A DNA stretch of 64,000 bases from Dicyema japonicum (taxonomy: Eukaryota; Animalia; Dicyemida), in the NCBI GenBank assembly GCA_011109175.1, contig RDEW01000072.1, forward strand, positions 1-64,000, read 5' to 3'. The position numbers and the translations under genes were made by a program. The notes under the pieces are model-generated. The model saw only the letters and a list, made by a program, of their open reading frames with translations. It did no database searches and was not told where the DNA came from. Positions 37,560 through 49,374 of the stretch are shown here, piece after piece. The number at the start of each line of letters is the position of its first letter. Position 1 is the first letter of the stretch.

Positions 37560-39960
37560 TGGTTCGCCTTATCTGGTGGCACCAGATACAAGTAAAAAAT
37601 TGTATCCACAAAGGACCAGTTGTCAACAACCATCCGGAGGAGTTCCTTTTGGACGGCACTTCCTACACATTCGTGCACTTTTTCGGTGTAGACTCATCAT
37701 CTCAGATGTTGAAATGAATCCAGGACCAAAGTCTTTAAAGATGCTTAGCCTGAACATTAACGGACTCAGAGGTAAGGCATCCGAACTGAGTTTATATTTG
37801 GAGAGGAATAAATTTGATATCTGACATGTACAGAGACCAAGCTTTCTGGGAATTCCACTACTCCTAAATTTACCGGTTTCAATGTATTGAGAGTCGATCG
37901 ACAATCGGGCCGAGGTGGGGGACTATTGACCCTTGTCAGGAGAGGCATTATGTTCGATAAACACTTCTCCATATTCAGGAATCTGATAGAAGACGTATAC
38001 ATAGAAGTTATTGGGATCTCGGTACAGACCTCTCAGACTATTATTATCGCCAACGTCTATGTTCCCCTCCAGGTTCCTGTGCAAAAGGGTTTTCAGGAAT
38101 TTGTCTGCCGTAGATATGATGGAAAACTTGTTGGTGTCAGGGGATTTTGATGCCAAACACCATTCATGGTATGAGAAATAATTTCCAGACACATAGGGAT
38201 TTCATATTATTTCCCAATTAGAAAATCTTTCCATTATGAAAGACCCAAATAGGAATACACGAACCCCGAATAATAACAAGGATTCGGTTACATCGCCGGA
38301 TTTTATGTTAACCACGGCTTGCTCCGCTTATTTGATGGTGGGTAAACTATGACTTACGGAGAGACCATAATCCCATTCTGATCAAGATCAATTGTACACC
38401 AATGACGCAGTCAAAACACGTCATTTTAATGACAATATTAATGCTGACTGTACAGGATTCAGAAGATACGTGGATTCGTCTTTATTGAATTTCAATCCGA
38501 ATAATTTCAACTCAATTGATAGAGCAGTCTATCACTTTAATAAGGTGATTCTGGAAGGGAGAAAACTATTTGTTAGAAAAAGAATCTTGAAACACACCAA
38601 GAAGAAACATGATGCTAGCATAATCAAACTAATAAAAGAAAGGAATTGTCTCAAACGTAAAAAGCACCTAACAAAACGTGATACTAATAGAATCCGTGCA
38701 CTGGACATGGAGATGAACAAAAGACAAAGCTTCTTCAAAAAACAAAACTGGGCCGAATTTCTAATGCTATGAAAGAAAATAGTTCACTTACCAAGATGTG
38801 GAAGATGCTGCGAATTGTCGAAAACGCTGAAAACAAAATCGAGGGAAACCGTGAACAGGAGATAGACCTGAATAAATTTATCAAACCTTGTGTGAGAATA
38901 AGCTATTCCAATTTATTTTTATTTATTTATTTTAATAACCCCGGGAACACCGAGAAAGAAAGACAAAAGAGTCAGACAGTTAGGTGATCCCAGTCCTCGC
39001 AATCACTTGTGCCATTCGACGTCTGTGATCCTCTATCGTCCCCACTACTTTCCGGAAGAGCCTTTCCAATAATAATAATAATAGCCTTTTCACGAGAATT
39101 CCAATAATAATAATAGCCTTTTCACGAGAGCCGTAATATTTATAGCATAGGCAAGACACACACTTTATTTAAATAAAGAATAGTTAATTTTAACGAATGA
39201 TCTTCACTTCTTTTTTTATTTTTCTTGTGTGTGGGTCCTTTCTAGACAATCCAGTTACGCAGTGAGTATCCACTGATGGCGGCGTCACTCGTCAAACCCT
39301 TTTGGCATCCTAGATGCGTGGAACCTTACACCAATTGAATAGCAGCGAGAATCGAACTCGTAACCTAAGTCACTTTAGCCCGACACCTAACCACTATGCC
39401 ACCCTCTAAGCCATTCCAAAGCATGAATATTCCTACACACAACAAGTCGAAACCGAAAAGGAGGCTTCCTACAATGTATTTTCTACCGGGCAATGTCACT
39501 TTGGAGATCTATCGAACAAAGAACACACATTCCTGTGGACCGGACGAAATCCCGGTTATTCTGTTGAATAGGATGGGCACAATGGGCGTATCTTTACTAA
39601 ATACATCATCAACTACTCAATCAACTACATCTGTATTCCCGCAAAATAGAAACTTTCGAATATTCATCCAATACTGAAGTTTGGAAAACCAAAGAGGACC
39701 CGGCTTCTTACAGGCATTTTGTTGCGCTTGTGCGTCCAGACAAGAATCCTAGAAAGGATGATTATGACACTCACACGACATTCCCTCCCAGATGCCAGAT
39801 TTCAGCAGGTTCCAAAAAGGGACGATCAACTATCACACACCTAAATACATTAAAGAAGTTCATAGAGATAGCCTAAACAAATGACCGAGAAAGAAAAAGA
39901 CGATTATATGCTCAATTGATATCCAGAAGACTTTTAAAGGATTATGGGACAAATCCATCT
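37560..39960 (+). mobile_element. Jockey-like LINE 5' part with an intact 2A-like motif, APE and partial RT; interrupted at 38912-39406
   Basis: DVEMNPGP, LSLNINGLRG, GRGGGLLTLV, DHNPILI, HSCGPDEIP and DIQKTF motifs. Confidence 0.85.
39106..39406 (-). mobile_element. tRNA-derived SINE, full length
   Basis: Minus strand shows A box TGGCATAGTGG, B box GAGTTCGATTC and tail CTCTCGTGAAAAGGCT(ATT)n. Confidence 0.9.
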
Positions 39961-39961
39961 C

Positions 39962-40253
39962 TAAGGTTGATCAGATTTGAATCTTCAAATGAAGAGCTAA
40001 GTAAAATTACTCAAATTTTGTCTAACAACCGAATAGAGGTTTATTTAATTTTTTATCACAGACTAAGGCAAGATCAGGAGAATTGAAAATAGTCAACATG
40101 AATCGAGTCAAGAAAATATAGACTTTAAAAAAATTCTTGATTTTTGATTAGAAACCAATTAATGTTGATTTCATGAATAAACACATTCCTGAGTACAAAA
40201 GCTTTTTTTTAATTTCATAGAAAATGAGAGTTCGGATGATCTTTTTCCGGAGT
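39962..40253 (+). pseudogene. Possible host-gene fragment with micro-introns, truncated by the LINE and the MULE; product unknown
   Basis: Frame RLIRFESSNEELSKITQILSNNRIE|TKARSGELKIVNMNR is joined across a 23-nt GTTTATTTAATTTTTTATCACAG intron. Later junctions are weaker. Confidence 0.3.
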
Positions 40254-42280
40254 GCGGAAAAAAAGTCAAGTCGTCTTTTTTTAGTTTATATCGCATTTTT
40301 GTGATACTACTAGCATCTTTTAATTTTTAAAAATTTTTTCAATACTTGATTTTTTTTCCGCTTGACTTTTTTTCTATTTTTGAAAATTTTTCCCTTATAA
40401 ATTTTCGAAATTTAGCGCAAAATGGAAAAAAAGTCAAGTCCGCTAACGAAATCACGGACTTGACTTTTTTTCCGCGCTTTGGTATAATCGCTTTGACTAA
40501 ATCAATTTAAGAATTTCAAGGTAATAATAAAATTTTTTTTTATTATCAAATGAATAAAAATTAAATTAAGGCATGGCCATGCTATTTCCCCTAACAATAG
40601 CCAACGAGATACGTTCTCGGAACCAACTAGTCTCTCGCGATCCTTGGTCACAGCTTGAATCATGGAGCCGATCTTACAAACCAACTCATCTGCTTGGGGG
40701 CCAAGGATTCCTAATATAATAAAATTGACTAAACTTTTTTTCGCTTTGGTTTAATCTTTTTGACTTAATCAATATACGGATTTTAAGTTGAATTTCCCAA
40801 AGAAGGAATTTCTCACAATCACGAATTTGACGAAAGTCAAATAAAACTGATGAAATTGTGCAACGAAGCAAAACTTATTGCTAAAACGAGTCAAGAAAAT
40901 CCCTTACAAATCTATTCAAAGGTTGTGTCTCAATGTGAAACAGCAACCAGAATTATTCTCCCTTCTGCAGATTCTTTCAAGAGAACACTAAGGAATCAAC
41001 GCTTGTCTCTACATATTCCAAAAAATATTTTCGATCTCGGACATATTCCATTTTGTCTTGAAACTATTATGGCAGACTTTGAAGATTCGGTATTTCGAGC
41101 TGTCCTTGCAGTATTTGGGAGACAAATACATATTAGAGGATGTTATTTCATCTAAGACAGTCAACCTGGAGAAAAATTCAAGAATTGCATCTAGTAAAAC
41201 AATATAAAGAAAATATTAATTTTAACATTTTTTGCGCAATGATAGACGCTCTTGTTTTTACCCATTCAAGATATGGAAGAAGGAATAGAATTCCTAATGA
41301 ATAATATGCCAGAAAATGTTCCAAATCAAAATATATATTAGATTATTTTGATAGAACATATGTTCGCGGTTATTATCGTTGCTTAAATGATCAAGAAAAC
41401 CCCTTAGCTGATAGAATACAGCACATTGTTCCATTGTTTCCTCCAAATTTATGGAATGTGTATGAAGCTACACTCATTAATAAACAAAGAACAAATAACT
41501 ATTGTGAAGGGTGGAACAATAAATTATACAATTTGACGGGATATCGTCATCCATCGATATGGAATATTATATCGTCATTCCAAAAAGAAGAAAAAATGAA
41601 GAAAACTATTATTGACCAGGATTCCTTTGGAAAAAGAATTTCAACAAGAACAAATCAAAAAAACGATTGATGGACAAAAAAACTTTTAAATATATGTCTG
41701 GATAGACAGGACGGAAAAAAACAGTAGGAGAAGCCCTAAAAGCAATTGCATGGAATATTAAATATTCTTTTGATTCACGTTAAATAAAAATCATATGTTT
41801 ATAACATTTTAAAAAATTTTAAAAGTAGAAAAAATCTGTTTTATTTTTAGAATTTATTTCCACCACGTGTAGTTTTAGTTGTGGCGGGACATTTTAATGC
41901 ATTAACATTAGCCAGAATTAACTATTTAAATAATTTGTTATTCTAAACTCCCTTACTTTAAAATGAAACGATCATGAATAAAAATCTTAATTTATAAACG
42001 GAAAAAAAGTCAAGTCCGTTAACGAAATTACGGACTTGACTTTTTTTCCGTTTTGCGCTAAATTTCGAAAATTTATAAGGGAAAAATTTTCAAAAATGGA
42101 AAAAAAGTCAAGCGGAAAAAAAGTCAAGTATTGAAAAAATTTTTAAAAATTAAAAGATGCTAGTAGTATCACACAAATGCGATATAAACTAAAAAAAGAC
42201 AACTTGACTTTTTTTCCGCTTACGGACTTGACTTTTTTTCCGCTTGACCTTTTTTCCACTTGACTTTTTTTCCTACAACC
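40254..42280 (+). mobile_element. Mutator-like (MULE) transposon, internally deleted, with ~220-bp TIRs built from GGAAAAAAAGTCAAG repeats
   Basis: Inverted arms at ~40255-40476 and ~41999-42218; the right arm extends to ...CCTACAACC at 42280. Transposase motifs ADFE, GCYFH, FPPNLWNV and RTNNYCEGWNN. Confidence 0.9.
40550..40720 (-). mobile_element. 5'-truncated CRE-like retrotransposon piece inside the MULE
   Basis: GILGPQADELVCKIGSMIQ...WFRERISLAIVRGNS resembles the end of 24826-25224. Confidence 0.7.
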
Positions 42281-43855
42281 ATTTAGGACCCATGACATTT
42301 CTCAATTCCTTGAGCGCAGCTTCGAGGTAAACAATAAATATAATTGAGGACAAGGAATCTCCTTGTGGAGTGCCCATGTTGGTACTGAAACTCTTCGAAT
42401 GCTTTGTTCCTATTCTCACGGATAGGTCAGTTTCGGAAAGTAATAAACTTATTAGTCTCAGGCAGTCCTCATCAAGCAGTTCCTTTAGAACAATCATGAG
42501 TTTTTCTCTATTGATGCTGTCAAAAACCTTCGTTAGATCAATTCCTAGGATGTAGATTACTTTCGTGTATTTTTGACATATTGATGTGAGCCATCGATGA
42601 CTCCACCAATATCTGAGGTTGATCTTCCACTTCTAAACCCACTTTGACTTAGGGAAAGGTATTTTTCCACTGGCTTTCGTATACGGTTAAGCACTATGAT
42701 CGATAAGGTTTTCCTGATAACTGACAATAGAATAATAGGTCTTAGTCCGTCCAACGACCCTTCTTTTTTCCCAGGTTTATGTATTGGAATTAAGACTCCA
42801 TGTCCCAAAGGAAGTGGACAGTGAAGTTCCATCGACTCATTTAAAATATTCGTGATTATATTCCCAACAGTAACCGGGGCATGTTTTAGTAACTCACACG
42901 GAATGCCATCATAACCAGCCGTCCGATTTCCCTTTAGATGCATAAATGCATCGGTTACTTCCTTTATTGTAATTTTGTTTGTAAGGGGTCTCGGATATCC
43001 AATAAATTTAGGTACATTCATCCCTTCAGATTTAAACAACGACTCGAAGTGTCTAGCAATATAATTTGCTTTATCCTCAGGGTTTTGAAGATATTGACCT
43101 TCGTCGTCATAGACTTTCAGTGGTTTCTTTGCAGTTCCTCGTGTAAGTAGTCTAACAGCAGAGAACATTCGTCTTCCATACTGACAGTTTTCGATTTCAG
43201 TTGCTTTATCGTCCAAATATTTGTGCCAAAGGATATTTGATCGTCTTTATCAGATGCGATATTTGATTGCGTTTTCTCCTTAATGCACATTTATTCGAAT
43301 TTGAACTTCCCAGTTTCGAACGTATTTCTTTCTGCTGCTCAGACAATTCTCGAATTATGGGGTCATGAATCATTCGTCTATTTTGTTCTTTTTCCTGGTA
43401 TCCAACAGTCTCTATCGCCGACAGTTTTAGAATATCCAAGATCTTCCCGAGGTCAGTCGAGGGGGTGCCACTGGGTTCAACTCCACGTAAACGTTTAGAG
43501 ACATTTTGTTAGTATCTCTTTTGCCAAGCGTCAAAAGTCAACATTTCCACAGCCAAACGTCTATTTAGAGGTGTGCTTTTCCTTCTTGATTGCCTCAATT
43601 CCGTAGTATCGTTTGAGATTTAATCTGGCCACCGTTAGCTTATGGTCACTGTCAGTAGTGGTTCCTCCATAACTCCTAGAGTCAGACAGAAGTCTCTTCA
43701 AGGAGATAGGGCAGATAATGTAGTCTATTTGGTTGAATATGAACGTATGTTCGTCTTTGGACCTTCTTATGCCAACCCAAGTAGTTCTATGTTTTGCTGG
43801 ATGTTTAAAAGTGGTATTGCATAAATACAGATTTGATGAATTACAAAAATCCATG
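42281..43855 (-). mobile_element. RTE-type LINE (APE C-terminus plus RT)
   Basis: NQIDYII, SDHKL, TAGYDGI, LRPIILLS, SQSGFR and GTPQGDSLS motifs. Confidence 0.9.
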
Positions 43856-43859
43856 AGTG

Positions 43860-44800
43860 ATTTAATCCTGTTAAATTAGTTTTTTATTCATAAATGTTAT
43901 GATTATAAAGATTTTATTTTTTATAGCGGTAAACCTACATTTCTAGCGTGATTTATTGCATGGAAGATTATTTTGTTGCAATGGCTTCTTACAAGGGTTT
44001 TGTGAAAGATTGCGTTGAATATCAAACTTTAAAAGATGCTTTGCATGATAAATTTTCCGAAAATCTTATATAGGCTTGTAAAGAAGATAGAGAATTTTCC
44101 CATTATCAATGACAGGTATTGTAAATTTGCAATAATTTTAGACTGTATCTTAAATCAACTGATTCCAAGTTAGTCATATCCCTGGATAATGAAACCGAAA
44201 TGGAGCATGTTGCGAAATCGTTGCACGAGTTTTCACACGGAGGAATCAATAAAATTGAGTATGAATGTCGACAAAGATACTTCACTCTAAAGAATGAGAT
44301 TATCAGAAAAGTTATTCGAAATTGTGAAGTCTGCAAATTTTCGCGTCCTTTAAAAGTTCGTGATTTTTTATAATTGTAGATTGGAGATATAAATCACCAT
44401 GTGTTTGCTTCTTCTCCAAATGAACGTTTTCAGGTAGATCTAATAGACCTGAAAAAATTTTCAACATTAAATGAAAATTTCAAATGGACTTTAACGGTCA
44501 TTGACATATATAGTAGGTTGGATTTTTTAATTTATTGATTCGCTTTTGTATGACCACTCTATAATAAGTCTGGTAAAGATGTATGTGAAAACTTAAGATC
44601 TTTGTTCCGCCTGAATGGGCCATGTAAATTTCTTCAGTCGGACAAAGGTTCTGAATTTAAAAATCAAGAAATAACAAAACATTGCGAAGATTTTAACATT
44701 ACCAAATTCACGAAAGGCCTAACAATCCACGATCAAAAAGAATTGTCGAAAGATTTAATCATACGATCACGAGGAAGTTGTCAAAAATAATGGATAACAG
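43860..44800 (+). mobile_element. Ginger/GIN-like (retroviral-type) integrase remnant containing micro-introns
   Basis: Zinc-finger HEFSHGG...CEVC and core FQVDLID, VIDIYSR, LQSDKGSEF. The frame is restored by introns 44356-44379 (24 nt, GT-AG) and 44517-44537 (21 nt, degenerate acceptor). Confidence 0.7.
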
Positions 44801-45059
44801 TTGCGAAGAGATTCAATTTCGAAATTAAATCGATTGAAGAAAATTCGAATTATTACAAAGCTATGAACAGGAAAATGAATGTTCATAATAGTAGATATAC
44901 TTTTAATCGACTGTATTAATGAGTAAACTAAAAAAGTTACTTAAATTTAATTTTTTGTAGTTAATAAATCATTCATAAAATTAATTGAAGTTAATCTTGG
45001 TTAGATTAATGCAACAGGCAGCTGAAGACATAATGTTGGATTGTAACTAACGACTGGCT

Positions 45060-45260
45060 TAAACAAACAATAATAAACAAGCTAAGAAATATAAAACGAT
45101 CTGAAAGCCGTGAAGAAAACATTGGCATCTGGTGACAATCTGGACTCACTGAAGAACCTAGTTAAGAACAGAAGAGCTTGGAGCAAGCTAACTAATTCTC
45201 TTTTACTTTTTTGCTGCATTTAAATATTATGGCTCTCGTGAAAGTGCTAATAATAATAAA
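45060..45260 (+). mobile_element. RTE-like LINE 3' end
   Basis: Peptide LDSLKNLVKNRRAWSKL, then AAATATTATGGCTCTCGTGAAAGTGC(TAA)n. Confidence 0.6.
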
Positions 45261-45293
45261 AACATGTAGTCAAAAACACATCATTTATCAAAG

Positions 45294-45988
45294 TCATTCA
45301 GATCTTTTTTGCTTAGCATAAGTAATACAGTCCCCGAATAAGTCTGAAAAATATTTAATGGACTGAATTGAGTCATCGTTGGCGGGGATTTGATAGCTCA
45401 CATAAGAGGAATCCGTCCGGAGTGTCAATCACGGACACTGTAGGAATCATGTATTCGGAACATTGGCGGATTGCTGGGTGAGACAGAGGGCTCGACATGG
45501 ACAAAAAGACACAAAGGTCAGGAAATCGAACATACTTGGACTTGAAGATAACTGACGGTTCACTGAAGGTTCTGGAGCTCCACGTTCGGCAATGAGCGTA
45601 CTCACCACAGGCCTTGGCCATTCTCTCCACAATGTGGACTGCAAAAGGATTATCGCAAAAAAACAGAATTATTCCTTCTCTGAAGGCCACGTGAGAAACC
45701 ACGTTGAGGGAATCAATTGTCATATTACGTGCAATGTTCAGGTCGATGATATCAATTCCACATCTCTCTCCTAATATAAACCATTCGTTTGATCTGTTTC
45801 TCAACCGGCTATCGTGACCCATGTGAGTCCGGGCTTTCACCATGTCGGATATCCGCACTCTGTCGGCTACTTTGAAGTAATCTTCGATTTCGAGTGGATT
45901 GTTGATTGCTAATATTAATATTTTACTTACAATTTGCAATTCGAATATTGGAGAGGGCACGCCAGAAAAAATTAGCTGGAGACCTCAT
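45294..45988 (-). CDS. MRPS2: Mitochondrial ribosomal protein S2 (uS2m), 2 exons, with one extra base near 45414-45420
   Basis: ATG at 45988 gives a presequence-like MRSPANFFWRALSNIRIAN; 22-nt intron at 45930-45909. Motifs ARTHMGH, IDIIDL, REGIILF, CGEYAH, RFPDL and IPTVSVIDT. The conserved YQIPANDDS is in the shifted frame; spliced length is 673 nt (3n+1). Confidence 0.9.
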
Positions 45989-46102
45989 TAAATTAATTTA
46001 AAAAATCATTTAAAAATTAAATAATGATTAATATTTCTCGTATAAAATTATTTTTAAACAATAAAATTTATGGAGACACTTTAGTCACGAAATGTCCTGA
46101 GG

Positions 46103-46427
46103 CAGCCGGGTGGCTTAGTGGTTAGGTGTCGGGCTTAAGTGGCTTTGGCTACGAGTTCGAATCTCGCTGCTGTTCACCTGGCGGAAGGTTCCACGCATCT
46201 ACGATGCAGAAAGGGTTTGACGAGTGACGCCGTCATCAGTGAATACTCACTGCGGAACTGGATTGTCTAGAAGGACACTCGCACAAGAAAAAAAAAAAAG
46301 AAGTGAAGATCATTCCTTGGTTCTACGATTAGTTAAAATTAACTGTTCTTTACTTAAATAAAGTGTGTGTCCTGCCTATGCGGAGCTATAAATACTATGG
46401 CTCTCGTGAAAAGGCTTTATTATTATT
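46103..46427 (+). mobile_element. tRNA-derived SINE, full length, with 11-bp target-site duplication
   Basis: A box at 46111-46121, B box at 46153-46163, T-arm CGAG/CTCG, (TTA)n tail. TSD ATGTCCTGAGG at 46092-46102 and 46428-46438. Confidence 0.95.
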
Positions 46428-46639
46428 ATGTCCTGAGGTAGTAATAATAATCACGAAATGTAAATGCGGATTACCTCTCGCCCCACTCTCACTATCGATT
46501 CAAAATAAAATTTAATAAATGTGCCTGATTATAACTAACTTAAAAGTTTTGACTTTAAAAAAGAAGGTTGATTTTGAATCGCCCCTTTTTTGGGCTATTT
46601 TTCTGATCAGGGGGGCGATTCATGATTGTCTTGAAATTG

Positions 46640-47215
46640 TCATATGAAATTTAGATTCCATCATTGATTTTTTAAAATTACAAGAAGAATTTGATTTGTT
46701 TAATTCCTGCAAAATTTATAGGAAAAATATTTTTTTATTTGAATTGGATTTTTGAAAAATTTGATGAAGTTTCATTGACACTACAAGGGGATTATATTAA
46801 TTTAATTAATTACAAAATAATTATTAATACGCTCATTGAAAAAGTTGTTTTTTACAATCTAGCTTGATTAAAAAAATTTTGAATTTCTAGATTCTTTATG
46901 ATGATACTTTTGATGACAACAATTTAAAAATTTACGAATTTCACTTGAATCTTTGGCCCGAGATTTGAAAAAAAAGATTTTCCAACTTGATAAATTTAAA
47001 ATTTTCAGATTGGATGATTAATCCTTATGTACCAGTTCCGTATGATTGTGACGAAGAATTTCAAGAATGAATTGAATTGAAAAATGAAGAACTCAAATTA
47101 AATTCAATAGTAAACGTTTCACAATTCTGGAGATCTAATTTAATGAAGATAAAAGTTTCAAAATTATGGGAAAAATGACTCAAATCATTTATGTTTTCCG
47201 ACTTCATATTGTGTA
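46640..47215 (+). mobile_element. Degenerate hAT transposase C-terminal fragment
   Basis: FDEVSLTLQG, WMINPY, ELIELKN and FPTSYCVE-like pieces across frameshifts. Confidence 0.55.
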
Positions 47216-47727
47216 GAAAGAAAAAGCCATGAGAATTTCACATTATAGAAAGTTTTTTCAACATGAGTACACATTGAGTGGTATCAGCTATGTTGATTAT
47301 TTGCGTTATTTGGGTGTCTATTTTGGATGTAGAGGATATTATGTTGAAGGTGTCAAAATGAAAAAGAAAAAGGCTTACCAAGCACTTCTGTGTCTACAAA
47401 AACTCAATTTGATGGAGACGTTTATCTTTATTTTTGAAAGAATTATTCTGCCCTCTCTTGTCTACGGATGTGAAGTATGGTATTTTTCGCCCAATAGAGA
47501 CGAGCAAGATGGCAATCATGCTGGCCCTTCATAAAAGGAACGTGAAACCACTAGATGGGGAGGAGGAATCCTTGATCAAGTCAGTAAGGAGCGTGGTAGT
47601 GTAACGGATTAAGGGTTTTCTCCTGAGGACCAAAGTGGATGACACGTTCATTCAGAAGATACTGTGAAGCTAAAGGGGGTAAAACTGCGAAAGAATCTTA
47701 ATAACGTAATCCCTCATAACTATCGTT

Positions 47728-47950
47728 ATAATAATAGCCTTTTCACGAGAGCCATAATATTTATATCTCTGCATAGGCAAGACACACTTTATTTAAGTAA
47801 AAAAAAGTTTTTTTCCATTGATGACGGCGTCACTCGTCAAACCCTTTTAGCATCGTAGATGCGTGGAACCTTCCACCAGGTGAACAGCAGCGAGAATCGA
47901 ACCCGTAACCTAAGTCACTTTAGCCCGACACCTAACCACTATGCCACCCT
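47728..47950 (-). mobile_element. tRNA-derived SINE with internal deletion
   Basis: A and B boxes and tail as at 46103-46427; ~80 bp of the body is missing. Confidence 0.88.
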
Positions 47951-48755
47951 TCTAGCTATCTCTATGTCTTGGTTTTTAATAAAAAATTTGACAGAAAAAT
48001 TTCTCCGGAATCACTATAGGATGTTCATTGCAAAGGAATGACGTTAGGGCATACTGAGCCCAACACTGTCTGGAAATTGATAAAACAATTAAACGAGTAA
48101 CGGATCTGATATTATACTATCTGGATAATTTTGTTAGAAAAATATACTCAAGAAACGATAACGTTGTCCCTATTCCATGGCACATCAAGAAATTTTGTTA
48201 AAAAAAGAACCTAGGACTGGACCGCTTAGCCTTGTCTCACAAAATCGGCGAACTACAAAGCAGTTGTCGGAACAATTCTAAAGTTGGAATGAGAACTCTC
48301 AACTATGGAAGCTATACAAACACAATCCCTCATTCTGGAAGGTATACCAAAGAGTGAGGAACCCAGAGTCAATCGCAAACAAGATTGTGTTCAAGAAACC
48401 GGATGGCACCTACTATGCTGAAGAAGAAACACCTCTAGTTTTTGAGACACGATATTTGAAGTGGACGATAATGTCATCGTGGAGATTACTTATTACTAGA
48501 GTAACAAAAATCAATAAAGTCAATTTCAATTCAGAGTTAGACTTTAGTCTAAAAAGAATGATTAATTTAAAAAAATGTAAAAAAAGGTTTCTATAAAAAG
48601 TTTTTTAGGTCAATTAGTTCAACTTTTTAAATTTTAGGTCAATTTTTAAATAAAAATTTAAATAATTTAAATAATATAATTAATTATATCATAATTTTAA
48701 GCATCAAAATAAATTTAAAATAATCGGCGTGACATTTCGGTCTTATTGTCTAAAC

Positions 48756-49370
48756 CAGGGGTTCTCAATCTTTTTAGCTCAAGGGCCAAATCGATAATTA
48801 AGAGTATCTTTGCGGGCCGCACAAAAAATATATTATTTGATTAAAGAAAAAGGCTTTATTACGTAATAAGAGAATCAATGTGAGACTTGATTTTGCTTGT
48901 GTCTACTATTTTATCGAAACGAGGAGTAAAGTTCGAAGACGATGTACGTAAAAGTTGAATTAGGTGTTCATCAGTAAATCGATTTCGATACTTACTTTAT
49001 ATTCGCTAAGTTTACTGAAAAGAGCTTCACATGCATACGTTGATCCGAAGACTGATGCATTTTTTTGAACATTTGACCAAGTTCGGATATTTCCATTGTG
49101 GAATTCGACTCCAAAAATACAATAGTTCATTTGACTTAAATAGCGCGGTAAGTTGTAAATCTGCCTGCATTTCAATTAGCTCCAGCTGATATACATATGG
49201 AGCGGTTGCAGCATCTATTTCCATAGGTGACGAAAATATTTTCATAATAGGTAGAGCTTTTTTAAAAACATTAAATCGTGTTTCGAATTCATCGATTAAG
49301 TCAATAATAACAGAGGTATATTTTTCATATGATCCATCTTCTCTGTGATTCACTTGCTAAAGATAAACCT
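48756..49370 (-). mobile_element. hAT (SPIN/GTF2IRD2-like) transposon 3' end
   Basis: QLELIEMQAD...FW...YPNL and FGSTYACEALFS; terminus CAGGGGTTCTCAA at 48756. Confidence 0.8.
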
Positions 49371-49374
49371 ACAA

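Noticed and set aside
45410-45425. Programmed ribosomal frameshift in MRPS2
   Set aside because: No slippery heptamer or stimulatory structure is evident; an indel is a simpler explanation.
46103-46172. tRNA gene
   Set aside because: The anticodon arm is degenerate, and the head is fused to a conserved body, tail and TSD, so it is a SINE.
46575-46622. 11-bp inverted repeat TGAATCGCCCC/GGGGCGATTCA as a terminator or structured RNA
   Set aside because: It lies beside hAT debris and is most simply a transposon subterminal palindrome.
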